Part shown: one piece after another, positions 20,026 to 29,025 of the stretch
Layout: the number at the start of each line of letters is the position of its first letter
Numbering within the stretch: position 1 is the first letter of the stretch
Source of the DNA: Phycisphaerae bacterium
GTDB taxonomy: Bacteria > Planctomycetota > Phycisphaerae > SM23-33
Assembly: GCA_011050235.1 (NCBI GenBank)
Contig: DRGC01000022.1
Location: 128,827-192,826, forward strand
DNA length: 64,000 nucleotides
Direction of reading: 5' to 3'
The notes under the pieces: model-generated
Told to the model about the DNA's origin: nothing
Database searches by the model: none
The model's input: only the letters and a program-made list of their open reading frames with translations
Position numbers and translations under genes: made by a program

Positions 20026-20586
20026 ATGAAGCTTAACAAGTCACAGAAAGTGTATGTCATCATCCTGGCCGTCGCGGCGGTTGGGTTGCTGGTGGATCGG
20101 GTGCTGTTGGCGCCGGGGGCCAGCGGGCCGGTCCAGGTGCAGGCGGGCGCTGTCCACACGACACCCAGCGGGCGCCCCCAGCCGCCCACGACCGAGCCGC
20201 CCGCTGCGACCGCTTCAGTGGCCAAACGCTTGGCCCGTTTCAACGACGTCCGGCAATTCGATATCACGACCGTCCGGGAGGCCCTTTCGCCCTCGCCGGC
20301 CTGGCTGGCTGAGCTCCAACCGTCCGAGCCCGGACCCAAGGCCTCCCAGCCTGTCGCTGTTGCACCGGTCCAAATGTCGCCAGCTGAACGATTCATCCAA
20401 CGTCATCGGCTGAAATCAACCATTCGACGGGACAACGGTGGGTGGGCCCTGATTGATGGGCATATTGTCGAGGTCGGCCAGGAGTTCGACGGCTATCGAC
20501 TCGTGGAAGTCACCGACGACGGCGCGGTGTTCGAGTCCGACCAGGGCCGCGTCGAACTACGGCTGCGATCGCGCAGCCATCGGTGA
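20026..20586 (+). CDS. PilP/GspB-like single-TM accessory protein
   Basis: TM, Pro-rich linker, 'ALIDGHIVEVGQEFDGYRLVEV' beta domain. Confidence 0.6.
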   Translation: MKLNKSQKVYVIILAVAAVGLLVDRVLLAPGASGPVQVQAGAVHTTPSGRPQPPTTEPPAATASVAKRLARFNDVRQFDITTVREALSPSPAWLAELQPSEPGPKASQPVAVAPVQMSPAERFIQRHRLKSTIRRDNGGWALIDGHIVEVGQEFDGYRLVEVTDDGAVFESDQGRVELRLRSRSHR

Positions 20587-20797
20587 GCGCCGGTGTCGGC
20601 CATCTGGCCAAGAGACGACCCGACTTCGCCAGCAGAGCGATTCGGGCGGGCGAAACTTCCTCTGAAAAGGACGCCAGTGGACCCCTGTCCTGCAATTACT
20701 AGCGCCGGCGAGTGGACAGGCCCAATAAGACGCACAACATACTGTATATAAAAGTGTTATAGAATGCCCCCAGCCAAAAGAATATCTCATTGATCGC

Positions 20798-20825
20798 TCA
20801 AGTCCCCGTTGCAACTTGACGATTA
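20798..20825 (+). promoter_or_regulatory. Second sigma28-like promoter, upstream of the putative major pilin
   Basis: TCAA-N16-GACGATTA. Confidence 0.5.
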
Positions 20826-20906
20826 AGATTGTGACGAAGGGCCAGTCGTGGCTTGTCCATCTCGTGGCTTGTTCATCGACTGGTAAGTCCAATAGGAGAC
20901 AGGAAC

Positions 20907-21386
20907 ATGCATTCACGTAAGAAGCACAAGAGCCATGGCTTCAGCATGCTCGAACTGGTTATCGTGATCGTGATTCTCGGCATTATCGCCGCGATCGCGA
21001 TTCCGCGGATGAGCCGCGGGTCGGAAGGCGCCGCCGAGTCGGCCCTGAAGGCGAATCTGGCCGTGCTGCGAAGCGGGATCGATCTGTTCGTTGCTGAGCA
21101 CAACGGCGAGGTCCCGTCGGTAGTGAACATCGAGAACGCGTTAATCCAGTATTCCGACAAGGCGGGCACGGCGTTTTCGGTCACCAAGGACACGACGTAC
21201 TACTTTGGCCCGTATGTCCGGGCGATTCCGGCCCTGCCTGTCGGCGCCAAGAAGGGCGAAAAGGGCATCGCGGCCGCTGATGGCGTCGGCGTTGGCTGGA
21301 TCTATGATGCCAGCACCGGAGGCATCCTGTCCAACACGGACGCCACGGAAAAGGACGCTGCAGGCACGCCGTTCAATCAGTACTAA
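20907..21386 (+). CDS. Putative major pilin/pseudopilin (GspG-like)
   Basis: 'SHG|FSMLELVIVIVILGIIAAIAIP' N-methylation motif; AGGAGA RBS; long upstream intergenic region. Confidence 0.9.
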   Translation: MHSRKKHKSHGFSMLELVIVIVILGIIAAIAIPRMSRGSEGAAESALKANLAVLRSGIDLFVAEHNGEVPSVVNIENALIQYSDKAGTAFSVTKDTTYYFGPYVRAIPALPVGAKKGEKGIAAADGVGVGWIYDASTGGILSNTDATEKDAAGTPFNQY

Positions 21387-21471
21387 GCCGCTGCGCGACG
21401 TTGGCTGAAGCAGCACTTCTGTCGGTCCTGCGGCGCAGCCGCCAAAGCGCCGCCGCCACAGGAGGGGCTCG

Positions 21472-21957
21472 ATGGCAATCAGCAGACACGACAGCCGGGG
21501 CGCTCACGGGCGTCCCGGTTTCACATTGCTCGAACTGATCCTGGTGATGGCGATCCTGGCTGTCGTGGCCGCCATCGTCTCACCCCGCTACGCCTCCTCG
21601 ATGTCGCGCTACCGCGCCCAAGCCGCCGCATGGCGCATCCGCGCCGATCTGGAGCTGGCCCGAAGCAGCGCCCGAACCACCGGCGCGAGCCAGTCGGTCG
21701 TCTTCGACCTCGACGCCAACTCCTACGAGCTGACCGATTTGGCCGACAGCGATCGGCCGAGCCAGACCTATACCGTCGCGCTGGCTGATGACCCCTACGA
21801 TGCGGAGCTCGTCTCGGCTGACTTCGGCGGCAGCGATGAGGTGACGTTTAACGGCTTCGGCACACCGGCTTCCGGCGGGAAGGTCGTCGTCGTCTCCGGC
21901 GGCGTCTACATGACGGTCGTTCTGGATGGCGAGACCGGACAGGTGAGCGTCGAATGA
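21472..21957 (+). CDS. Minor pilin (GspH/FimT-like)
   Basis: 'PG|FTLLELILV', 'VTFNGFG'. Confidence 0.88.
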   Translation: MAISRHDSRGAHGRPGFTLLELILVMAILAVVAAIVSPRYASSMSRYRAQAAAWRIRADLELARSSARTTGASQSVVFDLDANSYELTDLADSDRPSQTYTVALADDPYDAELVSADFGGSDEVTFNGFGTPASGGKVVVVSGGVYMTVVLDGETGQVSVE

Positions 21958-23039
21958 CCCCGCGCACGATCCAACCACGCCGCCGTCACCGACGGCGAGG
22001 CTTCACGCTGATGGAGGTCGCCGTCAGCCTGGCCATCCTGTCCGTCATCACCGTGGCGATGGCCTCGGCGATCGTGCTGGCCGTCAAGGCTTTGCCCACC
22101 GCCGACAGCCCCGCTCAACGAACCCTCCGGGCCGCCCAAGTAGCCCAGCAGATCGTCACCGAACTGCAATACGCCACGGCCATCGCAAGGGCCGAGCCCG
22201 GCGCCGTCGCCTTCACCGTCGGCGACCGCAATGACGACGGCCTGCCGGAGACCATTCGCTACACCTGGGCCGGCGCCCCCGGCGACCCGCTGACCCGCCA
22301 ACTCAATAGCGGATCGGACGTCGCCGTCCTGCAGGACGTCTACGCCTTCGCCCTGGACTACGGTGCCCGCACGGTCGAAGAAGAGGTCCCCGCAGGCAGA
22401 AGCTCCGAGGTCCTGCTGGCCACCGACAGCGGTTCATCATGGATGGCCTTCACGATCACCCCCGATGACTGGCTCGGCCAGTATTTCGAGCCCTCCCTAC
22501 CGGCCGACGCCACCAGTTGGTCGGTCACCCGGGTGGAGTTCTGGGCCCGCATCAGCGGCTCGGACACTGGCGAGGTGTCCGTCCAGCTTCGCGCCGCTGA
22601 CGCCGGCGGCCTGCCCAGCGACCAGGTCCTGGAAGAACACTCAGTCTACGAAATCGACATGAGTTCGTCTTCCTACAGTTCCGAGACCGTCACGTTCGCC
22701 GGCGTGACCGGCCTGCAGCCCGATCAGGGCCTGTGCCTGGTCATCAAACACGTTTCCGGCGCCCAGGCATGCAATGTACTTATCGGCGTCGATTCGTCGG
22801 GCGGGGGGACAACCTACCTGCTGATGACAACGAACGGCGGACAGTCCTTCAGCGCCGACGGCGGCATGTCGATGGGATTCACTGTCTACGGAACGTACAC
22901 ATCCCCCGACATCATCGGCACGGTGACCCGCCAGTTCATCCAACGCGTGTCCCTGACACTCCAGGGCGGCCCCGAGCCCGCCGCGGCCGTCCATACAGCC
23001 GCGGTATTGTTGAACAACCCGAAGGTGGCCATCGAATGA
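21954..23039 (+). CDS. Minor pilin (PilW/GspJ-like) with inserted beta-rich domain
   Basis: 'RG|FTLMEVAVS'; 361 aa. Confidence 0.85.
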   Translation: MTPRTIQPRRRHRRRGFTLMEVAVSLAILSVITVAMASAIVLAVKALPTADSPAQRTLRAAQVAQQIVTELQYATAIARAEPGAVAFTVGDRNDDGLPETIRYTWAGAPGDPLTRQLNSGSDVAVLQDVYAFALDYGARTVEEEVPAGRSSEVLLATDSGSSWMAFTITPDDWLGQYFEPSLPADATSWSVTRVEFWARISGSDTGEVSVQLRAADAGGLPSDQVLEEHSVYEIDMSSSSYSSETVTFAGVTGLQPDQGLCLVIKHVSGAQACNVLIGVDSSGGGTTYLLMTTNGGQSFSADGGMSMGFTVYGTYTSPDIIGTVTRQFIQRVSLTLQGGPEPAAAVHTAAVLLNNPKVAIE

Positions 23040-23536
23040 CGACCCGCCGCGGATTCAGCCTGGTCGAAGCCGTCGTGGCCGTCGCCATCGTCGGCGTGAT
23101 GCTGGTCGGCGCCCTGACGGCGGTGGGTGCATCGCGGGTGACGCAGTTCCGCGTGGGGCGGCTCCGCCAGGGCTACCTGCTGGCCGAGGCCCTGATGGCT
23201 GAAGTTCTCCAGCAGCCCTACGAAGATGCCGTCACCGGCGCAATCGGCCTGGAAGCGAGCGAATGGACGGGCACGCGCACGACCTTCGACGATGTGGACG
23301 ACTACGCCGGTTGGACCGGATCGCCGCCACAGCTCAAGGACGGCACGGTGTTGACCCAGTTTGCAGACTACCGGCGTCGTGTGGCGGTGAAATACGCCGA
23401 CCCGATGAACCTCAACGGGTCTTCGGCGATAGATCTTGGCATCAAACGGATCACCGTCAGCGTCGACGTCAACGACAACGAGATCGCGTCACTGGTCGCC
23501 ATTCGCACCCGCGCGAAAGATGAGCTGACGCCCTAG
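23036..23536 (+). CDS. Minor pilin (PilV/MshD-like)
   Basis: 'RG|FSLVEAVVA', 'FDDVDDY', 'KRITVSV'; ATGA overlap. Confidence 0.85.
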   Translation: MTTRRGFSLVEAVVAVAIVGVMLVGALTAVGASRVTQFRVGRLRQGYLLAEALMAEVLQQPYEDAVTGAIGLEASEWTGTRTTFDDVDDYAGWTGSPPQLKDGTVLTQFADYRRRVAVKYADPMNLNGSSAIDLGIKRITVSVDVNDNEIASLVAIRTRAKDELTP

Positions 23537-23543
23537 CAACCCC

Positions 23544-24779
23544 ATGCCACATGCCAAACGCCATTCTGACGGGACCGTATACGTGTCGGTCCTGGCCACC
23601 ACCGTGCTGGTGGGCATCATCGCCATCGCGGCGGTGGGAATGACGCGCGCCCAGGGGCGGTCGGCTCGACTGGACTCGGACTGGTCGACGGCGCAGCTCC
23701 AGGCCCAAAACGCCATCGAGGGCGGCCTGTACCTCATCCACACCAATGAGAACTGGCGAGATATGCTCGACAGCTACAACGGCACGCTGGGGTTCTATAT
23801 TGGCTCCAGCATCGCCACGGTGGTGATCACGGACCCCGCCGACGGCGACATCGCGAACTCGCCGGACGACGACGTGCTCCTGACGGCCACCGGCACGAAA
23901 GGCGCGGCCAGACACAAGACCCAGGTGACGCTGGAGGTCATTCACGAACCACTGGAGGCGCTGGCGACGTGCCTGCACGCCGGCGGTAACGTGACCGTCT
24001 ACTTCGGCTGCATCCTGGATGTCGATGGCGCGCCGCTGTCCACCAACGCGACATTGACCGTCAGCGGCGGTGTTTTCGGCGATGTCGGGGCCGCCAGCAT
24101 CATCAACTTGGGATGGATCTCCGGCACAGAAACCGTGCCGGCCCCGGCCAAGGACCTGCCCGACCCCGAGGTGGCCCAGGAATACCAGGATCTGGCGGAA
24201 ACCATTCCTTACGTCAGCATCATGGAGACGTTCGTCCTGACGCCGATGCTCAACCCCTGGGGGGCGGCCAGCCCCGATGGTGTCTACGTCATCGACACCG
24301 GCGGGCAGAATCTCGTAATCAAGGGCGCCCGCATCCGGGGGACGCTCATCATCCGCACCCATGGCGGCGAAGTCACGATCCAGGACGCGGTGTTTATGCG
24401 ACCGTTTCGGGTCGACTACCCGACGCTGATCGTCGACGGCGACCTGGTGCTGAAGTTGAAGAGCGATACCGATCTCCTGGATGAGGCTGATTGGGGGGTC
24501 AACTTCAACCCGCCCGGCGCGCCCTATCTGGGGGGTAGCGACACCGACACCGACGACACGTACCCCAATGAGCTGCGAGGCCTGATCCACGTCACCGGTA
24601 ACTTGAGCCTCGAGAGCTACACCCACGTCAACGGCGTCATCATCTGCGAAGGCGCCGCCACCATCAAAGACAGCCCCATCATCGTCCACGACCCGTCGTT
24701 GGTGACCAATCCGCCCGAAGGCTACACGACGCGGAAGATGCAGATCGCGCCGGGCAGTTGGCGCCAGGCCGTCGATTAG
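23544..24779 (+). CDS. PilX/GspK-like pseudopilin with beta-helix-like C-terminus
   Basis: 'DG|TVYVSVL' without E+5, 'AQNAIEGGL', repeated 'LIVDGDL/LIHVTGNL/GVIICEG'. Confidence 0.75.
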   Translation: MPHAKRHSDGTVYVSVLATTVLVGIIAIAAVGMTRAQGRSARLDSDWSTAQLQAQNAIEGGLYLIHTNENWRDMLDSYNGTLGFYIGSSIATVVITDPADGDIANSPDDDVLLTATGTKGAARHKTQVTLEVIHEPLEALATCLHAGGNVTVYFGCILDVDGAPLSTNATLTVSGGVFGDVGAASIINLGWISGTETVPAPAKDLPDPEVAQEYQDLAETIPYVSIMETFVLTPMLNPWGAASPDGVYVIDTGGQNLVIKGARIRGTLIIRTHGGEVTIQDAVFMRPFRVDYPTLIVDGDLVLKLKSDTDLLDEADWGVNFNPPGAPYLGGSDTDTDDTYPNELRGLIHVTGNLSLESYTHVNGVIICEGAATIKDSPIIVHDPSLVTNPPEGYTTRKMQIAPGSWRQAVD

Positions 24780-26023
24780 CCGACAAACAGCGGCTTGAGG
24801 TGGCGGTCGTAGATGTTGGCCGTCACGCACGAGGCGATCACATCCTCGAACTCCGCCAGGGCATCCAGGAATCGCCCGCTCATCTCGCCGGCCACCTTGT
24901 ACCCCACGTGCAGTAACTGCCGCACGTTCAGGTCGAACAGCTCACAGGACGGGTCGTGACGCAGTGCGCCGACGAACTGCTCGGACGACCAACCCGCCAC
25001 GACCTCCTGCGACGGCAGTTTCGGTCGATCGATATCGATCACGCTCGCGTACGGGCCGGCCAGTTCATCGAACCGCCCCAGCGCGGCTGCGTAAACGTCC
25101 TTGGCGATGTGCAGCCCCTCCCCGCCGGCAGCGGCCAGGCCGATCAACTCCTCCAGCCAGGTCGTGCCCGCCGTCTTGAGGTGCAGCCCGGCGCCGCGCC
25201 TGCCGATCGCCTCGCGGATCGGCCCGTAGATCGAGAACTTGTCGCTGCCGGAGTGGACCGACAGCTTCAGATTCGCGGGCAGGCCGAACCGCTCGACGGC
25301 GAAGGCGATGACGGCCAGGTCTTCGTCGAACTCCTTGGCGAACTGCGCCACGTCGCCCACGTAGTCGACGCCCTTGTTGAATCGACCCGTGAACTTCGGC
25401 GCGATCGTCTGGGCCGGGATGCCCTCATCCGCGATCGCCGCCAGGATCAGCAGCATCTCCACGGGCGTCTGGGGCGCGTCGGTCTCGTCCATCGATACTT
25501 CGGTGATGAAATCCGCCCCTTTGACCGACTCGACGTGGCGATAGACCTCGCCCGCACCGCGGACAGCCAACAGGTACGTGCGGGCGATGGCTTCGATACG
25601 GCCGCCGCTCAGCTCGATCCCGCCGTCAATGCCGTCGACCTCCAGCACGCCGATCAGATCGCTATGGCGATCCACGAACGCCCGCACGTCGTCCTCGTCG
25701 GCGGCCTGGCCGATGAAGTCCGCCACGTCCAGCGTGAAAAAGTCGCTGGCCTCGGTGAACAGATCGACGTTCTTGGCCCCGACGTGGTCGGCATCGACAT
25801 AATAGCCGCCCGTCCAGCCCAGGGCGGCGACGGCTGCGTCGGCCTCGGCCCGAACGTCGGCGGGGCGGGTGTGGAGGATCGTATGCTCGCGGTGCGACTT
25901 ATTCCAAACGGGGGCGATATCCACGCCGTCGGCCTTGGCCCGCACCATCGCCTGCAACTGCGCCCGCCCCTGCCGGCCAAAACGGTCGCCGATACCCATC
26001 GAATATTTTTCGAGTGTCTTCAT
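24776..26023 (-). CDS. uxaE: Tagaturonate/fructuronate epimerase family protein
   Basis: 'GIGDRFG', 'YVDADH', 'EVSMDET', 'SVHSGSDKFSIY', 'HLKTAGTTWLE'. Confidence 0.9.
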   Translation of the reverse strand: MKTLEKYSMGIGDRFGRQGRAQLQAMVRAKADGVDIAPVWNKSHREHTILHTRPADVRAEADAAVAALGWTGGYYVDADHVGAKNVDLFTEASDFFTLDVADFIGQAADEDDVRAFVDRHSDLIGVLEVDGIDGGIELSGGRIEAIARTYLLAVRGAGEVYRHVESVKGADFITEVSMDETDAPQTPVEMLLILAAIADEGIPAQTIAPKFTGRFNKGVDYVGDVAQFAKEFDEDLAVIAFAVERFGLPANLKLSVHSGSDKFSIYGPIREAIGRRGAGLHLKTAGTTWLEELIGLAAAGGEGLHIAKDVYAAALGRFDELAGPYASVIDIDRPKLPSQEVVAGWSSEQFVGALRHDPSCELFDLNVRQLLHVGYKVAGEMSGRFLDALAEFEDVIASCVTANIYDRHLKPLFVG

Positions 26024-26064
26024 GGTCGGACCAGTCTACAGCCGCCGCGGCGCGATTCAAGCTT

Positions 26065-26195
26065 GTGGCATGGGCATCCCCGATAGGGGCCCGTTGGGCT
26101 TGCCCATGCGTCTCAGGGCCATCCCCGAGCAGGGGCCCGTTGGGCTTGGCCCTGACAACCCGTGTCATTCTGCATGGGCGAGACGCCCATGCTAC
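26065..26195. repeat. REP-like composite palindromic element
   Basis: Three hairpins bounded by inverted GTGGCATGGGC...GCCCATGCTAC; two hairpins share an internal ~26-nt sequence. Confidence 0.7.
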
Positions 26196-26932
26196 TTGTG
26201 GGCGACGAGCATCAGCACGTCGGATTCGGCCGCATCGAAGGGGCCGAACTGCTGATCGCCGTGGACCGACACGTCGGCGAAGCCCCCCTCCGATAGCGCC
26301 GCGGCAAGCTCATCGGCCAGATACGGCCGCAGCTCCGTGCTGTGCAGTTCGTGTGTGCAGCGCTCTCCGTCCCATTGCATCTGCAGCACGTTGAATCGCA
26401 CTCGCCCGTCCAGGAAGTCGTAGAAGCGGACATATTCGCTGTCGCCGCGGCGGGTGACGCCAACGATCCGCTCCTGCCGCGCGAGGATCCGCTGGTAATT
26501 GAGCAGGTGAATGACGGCCACGCCACCGGGGGCGAGGACCTGGTGGAAGCCGGCGATGGTTTGGGCCAGCCCGGCGTCATCCAACACGTGGGGAATGCTG
26601 TTGCCCATGCACAGAACGGCATCGAACGGCCCGGCTGCGCGGCGGGCGATCGTCTGCATCGGCGCGCAGACCCAATCGATCCGCACGTCGGCGCTATCGG
26701 CGGCAGCGCGGGCGCCGGCCAGCATCGCCTCGGACACGTCGGCCCCGGTCACGCGAACACCGCGCTTGGCCAGGGCAATCGTATAGGCCCCCGCGCCGCA
26801 GGCGACATCCAGCGCCGAGCGAATCGGGTGGGAATCCATCAGTGCGCCGATGAACGCCTCGATCCCAGCCGCCCGACCGGCCGCATCGACAATCGTCCCA
26901 TAATCGCCCGCAATCGCGTCGTAGAAATCCAT
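26192..26932 (-). CDS. Class I SAM-dependent methyltransferase
   Basis: 'ALDVACGAG', 'GADVSEAM', 'FDAVLCMGNS'. Confidence 0.9.
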   Translation of the reverse strand: MDFYDAIAGDYGTIVDAAGRAAGIEAFIGALMDSHPIRSALDVACGAGAYTIALAKRGVRVTGADVSEAMLAGARAAADSADVRIDWVCAPMQTIARRAAGPFDAVLCMGNSIPHVLDDAGLAQTIAGFHQVLAPGGVAVIHLLNYQRILARQERIVGVTRRGDSEYVRFYDFLDGRVRFNVLQMQWDGERCTHELHSTELRPYLADELAAALSEGGFADVSVHGDQQFGPFDAAESDVLMLVAHK

Positions 26933-26969
26933 CCCCTGTATCTTGCAGGCATGAGGTGTCGCACGCAAG

Positions 26970-27434
26970 TTAATGCGCGCTGAGCAAGGCCTTGCGGAGG
27001 TCGTCCTTGACCGCTTCGACAGCGGCGGTCTCTCCCCCGCCCTCGGCGACGAGGACCTTGTCGTCGATGATAAAGACAGCCGCCATGTAGGTCAGTTGCG
27101 TGGCCTCCTTGGCCACCTCGAACGTCATCAGTGCGGCGGCGTGGCCGGCGTCGGTAGCGACCTGTTCGCTCTTGATCAGCTTGTAGCCGTCGCGGGTGGC
27201 CAGCTCCTTCTGCACGGCCTTGCTCCAGAACTCCAGCGTGCCGTTCTTGGGGTTGTCCTGGCGGCGGAGGCCGATCACGACCCCCTCGGCCGAGACGGCG
27301 CGAAGTTCGTAGCCCTTGCCCGGCGACTTCAACTGCACGAAATCCGCGGGCAGTTGCATCGGCTCAGCCGGCGGGGCCTCGCAGCCGGAGGCGGCGAAGA
27401 TGACAATCGCTATCAGCCAATATGCATATCGCAT
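26970..27434 (-). CDS. Putative lipoprotein
   Basis: Lipobox-like 'AASGC'; AAGGA RBS; last-but-one gene of the ECF-headed run. Confidence 0.75.
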   Translation of the reverse strand: MRYAYWLIAIVIFAASGCEAPPAEPMQLPADFVQLKSPGKGYELRAVSAEGVVIGLRRQDNPKNGTLEFWSKAVQKELATRDGYKLIKSEQVATDAGHAAALMTFEVAKEATQLTYMAAVFIIDDKVLVAEGGGETAAVEAVKDDLRKALLSAH

Positions 27435-27464
27435 GGTCTGCGTCCTTTCGTTCGTCGGCGAGGC

Positions 27465-29021
27465 CTAGAACTTCATCAGGTTTTCCACGCCGAGCTCGCC
27501 CAGCCAGCTAAACGGCAGGCGGACCTTCATGGTGGTCGGGACGTGCTGGGCGGGGATGAAGTTGACGGTAATCGTCGCGTAGGCCGTCCGGTTAGCCAGC
27601 AGCTTCAGCCGCCCTTCGATCCGGTCGATCGCCAGTTGCACGCGGCCGATCTCGCGCTCGACCATCAGGGCCTTTTCGACGTCGGTGGCCTTGTCCAGCA
27701 GCTCCACCAGCTTGGTCAGCATGGCCTTGGCGGTCTTGAGCCGAATCTCCAGGTCCACGTATTCCTCGGTCACGTCATGCCCGAAGATCTGCTGCTCCAC
27801 GACCGTGCCCATCTCGGCCAGTTGCGCCAGGACCGCATCGAACGACGTGACGGGCACGCGGATGATGATGGCGCTCTTGGTCATCTGCTGCATGTACCCA
27901 CCGAGCGCCTCGGTGAGTTGCCGCGTCCGGCTGACCGCCAGTTCGGCCTCGGTGGTGGCGATCCGCATGGTGGCGGTGTAGATCACCTTCCGCGGATCGA
28001 CAGTCGCCGGCCGGCGGACAACGCTGTCCGACTCCACGCCCTGATCGGCAGGCCGGCTCCCCCCCCGGAAGCCCGCCCGGAGCTCCTTGATCTTTTCGGC
28101 AACTTCGACAGTTTGACCGGTGACAGTCCGACCCGATCCTTCGCCGCCACGATGGGCGCCACCCGTTCTGTCTCCCGATCCGGTGAAGAACCGGCCGAAG
28201 ATGGGAATGTCGCCGAGGATGGGAGGCCTTTCGCCAAGACCATACTCAGTGCCGGTCACATACCGCTCGCCCTTATCGCCCAAGCCAGCCGGGGCCACCC
28301 GCCCATTGCGCCCTGTGGGGGTGCCCCGTTCATACTCACCAGCGACGGTGGTCACGCGGCCATCTGCCTGGAGCCCCGTTATGCCCCAGCCGAGCGTAGA
28401 ATCGAACTCTCCCTCCTCGCCGGCCCTAAGCTCTGTACCAAGAGCATCTGTACCAAGAACAATTGTCCCGGGGTCAATTCCACTATCAGCGAGGCCGAAA
28501 TAGCCTCGACCATCATCTTTGCCCCCGCTGAGGTCATCCCAGGGCAACTCGGACCCCTCGGGGATTGAGGCATCCACGACATGCTTGTCCTGCCGAAGCT
28601 CAGGCTGAAGCGCCAGAAGGACGGCTTGATCTCGTCCTGATGGCTCCCCGGCACCCCCACTGGGAATGGGCCGCGCCAGCGGGGGCATCGCCAGCGGGGG
28701 ACGAAGGGCCAGGGCGACAACCGCGACCGTCAGGCCGACCACGAGAATGGCTGCGACCCGAGGCCAAGCGCGGATGAATCGGTCGCGCCAGACGTGTTTG
28801 GGTCGCCCAGCTTCGATGGCGCTTCGATGGCGGTCGGTCAGCTCCAGCGTTGGCTCATCGGCGAGCTCGTTCTGCAGCAGACCGGCGACGCTGCGGATCT
28901 CGTCAACGGTCTGTTGGGCGTCGGGGTCGGCTTTCAGGTGCGATTCGACCTTGGCCGCTTCGGCGGCGTCAAGCTCGCCGAGGGCGTAGGCGGTTAGTTT
29001 GGTTTCGTTGATATCGGTCAT
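27465..29021 (-). CDS. Anti-sigma-like membrane protein with C-terminal DUF4349-like domain
   Basis: 'LTAYALGEL...ESHL' anti-sigma N-terminus, one TM, 'RKVIYTATMRI', 'DVTEEYVDLEIRL'. Confidence 0.8.
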   Translation of the reverse strand: MTDINETKLTAYALGELDAAEAAKVESHLKADPDAQQTVDEIRSVAGLLQNELADEPTLELTDRHRSAIEAGRPKHVWRDRFIRAWPRVAAILVVGLTVAVVALALRPPLAMPPLARPIPSGGAGEPSGRDQAVLLALQPELRQDKHVVDASIPEGSELPWDDLSGGKDDGRGYFGLADSGIDPGTIVLGTDALGTELRAGEEGEFDSTLGWGITGLQADGRVTTVAGEYERGTPTGRNGRVAPAGLGDKGERYVTGTEYGLGERPPILGDIPIFGRFFTGSGDRTGGAHRGGEGSGRTVTGQTVEVAEKIKELRAGFRGGSRPADQGVESDSVVRRPATVDPRKVIYTATMRIATTEAELAVSRTRQLTEALGGYMQQMTKSAIIIRVPVTSFDAVLAQLAEMGTVVEQQIFGHDVTEEYVDLEIRLKTAKAMLTKLVELLDKATDVEKALMVEREIGRVQLAIDRIEGRLKLLANRTAYATITVNFIPAQHVPTTMKVRLPFSWLGELGVENLMKF

Positions 29022-29025
29022 GGTG

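Noticed and set aside
20645..20725. c-di-GMP-I riboswitch-like string (GGGCGAAAC...GAAA..GGACGC)
   Set aside because: The P2 stem is too short, the GCAAA and P3 features are missing, and it lies upstream of the predicted promoter. An Infernal scan would settle it.
20740..20760. SOS-box-like CTGTATATAAAA
   Set aside because: The right half-site (CAG) is missing; probably just an AT-rich upstream element.
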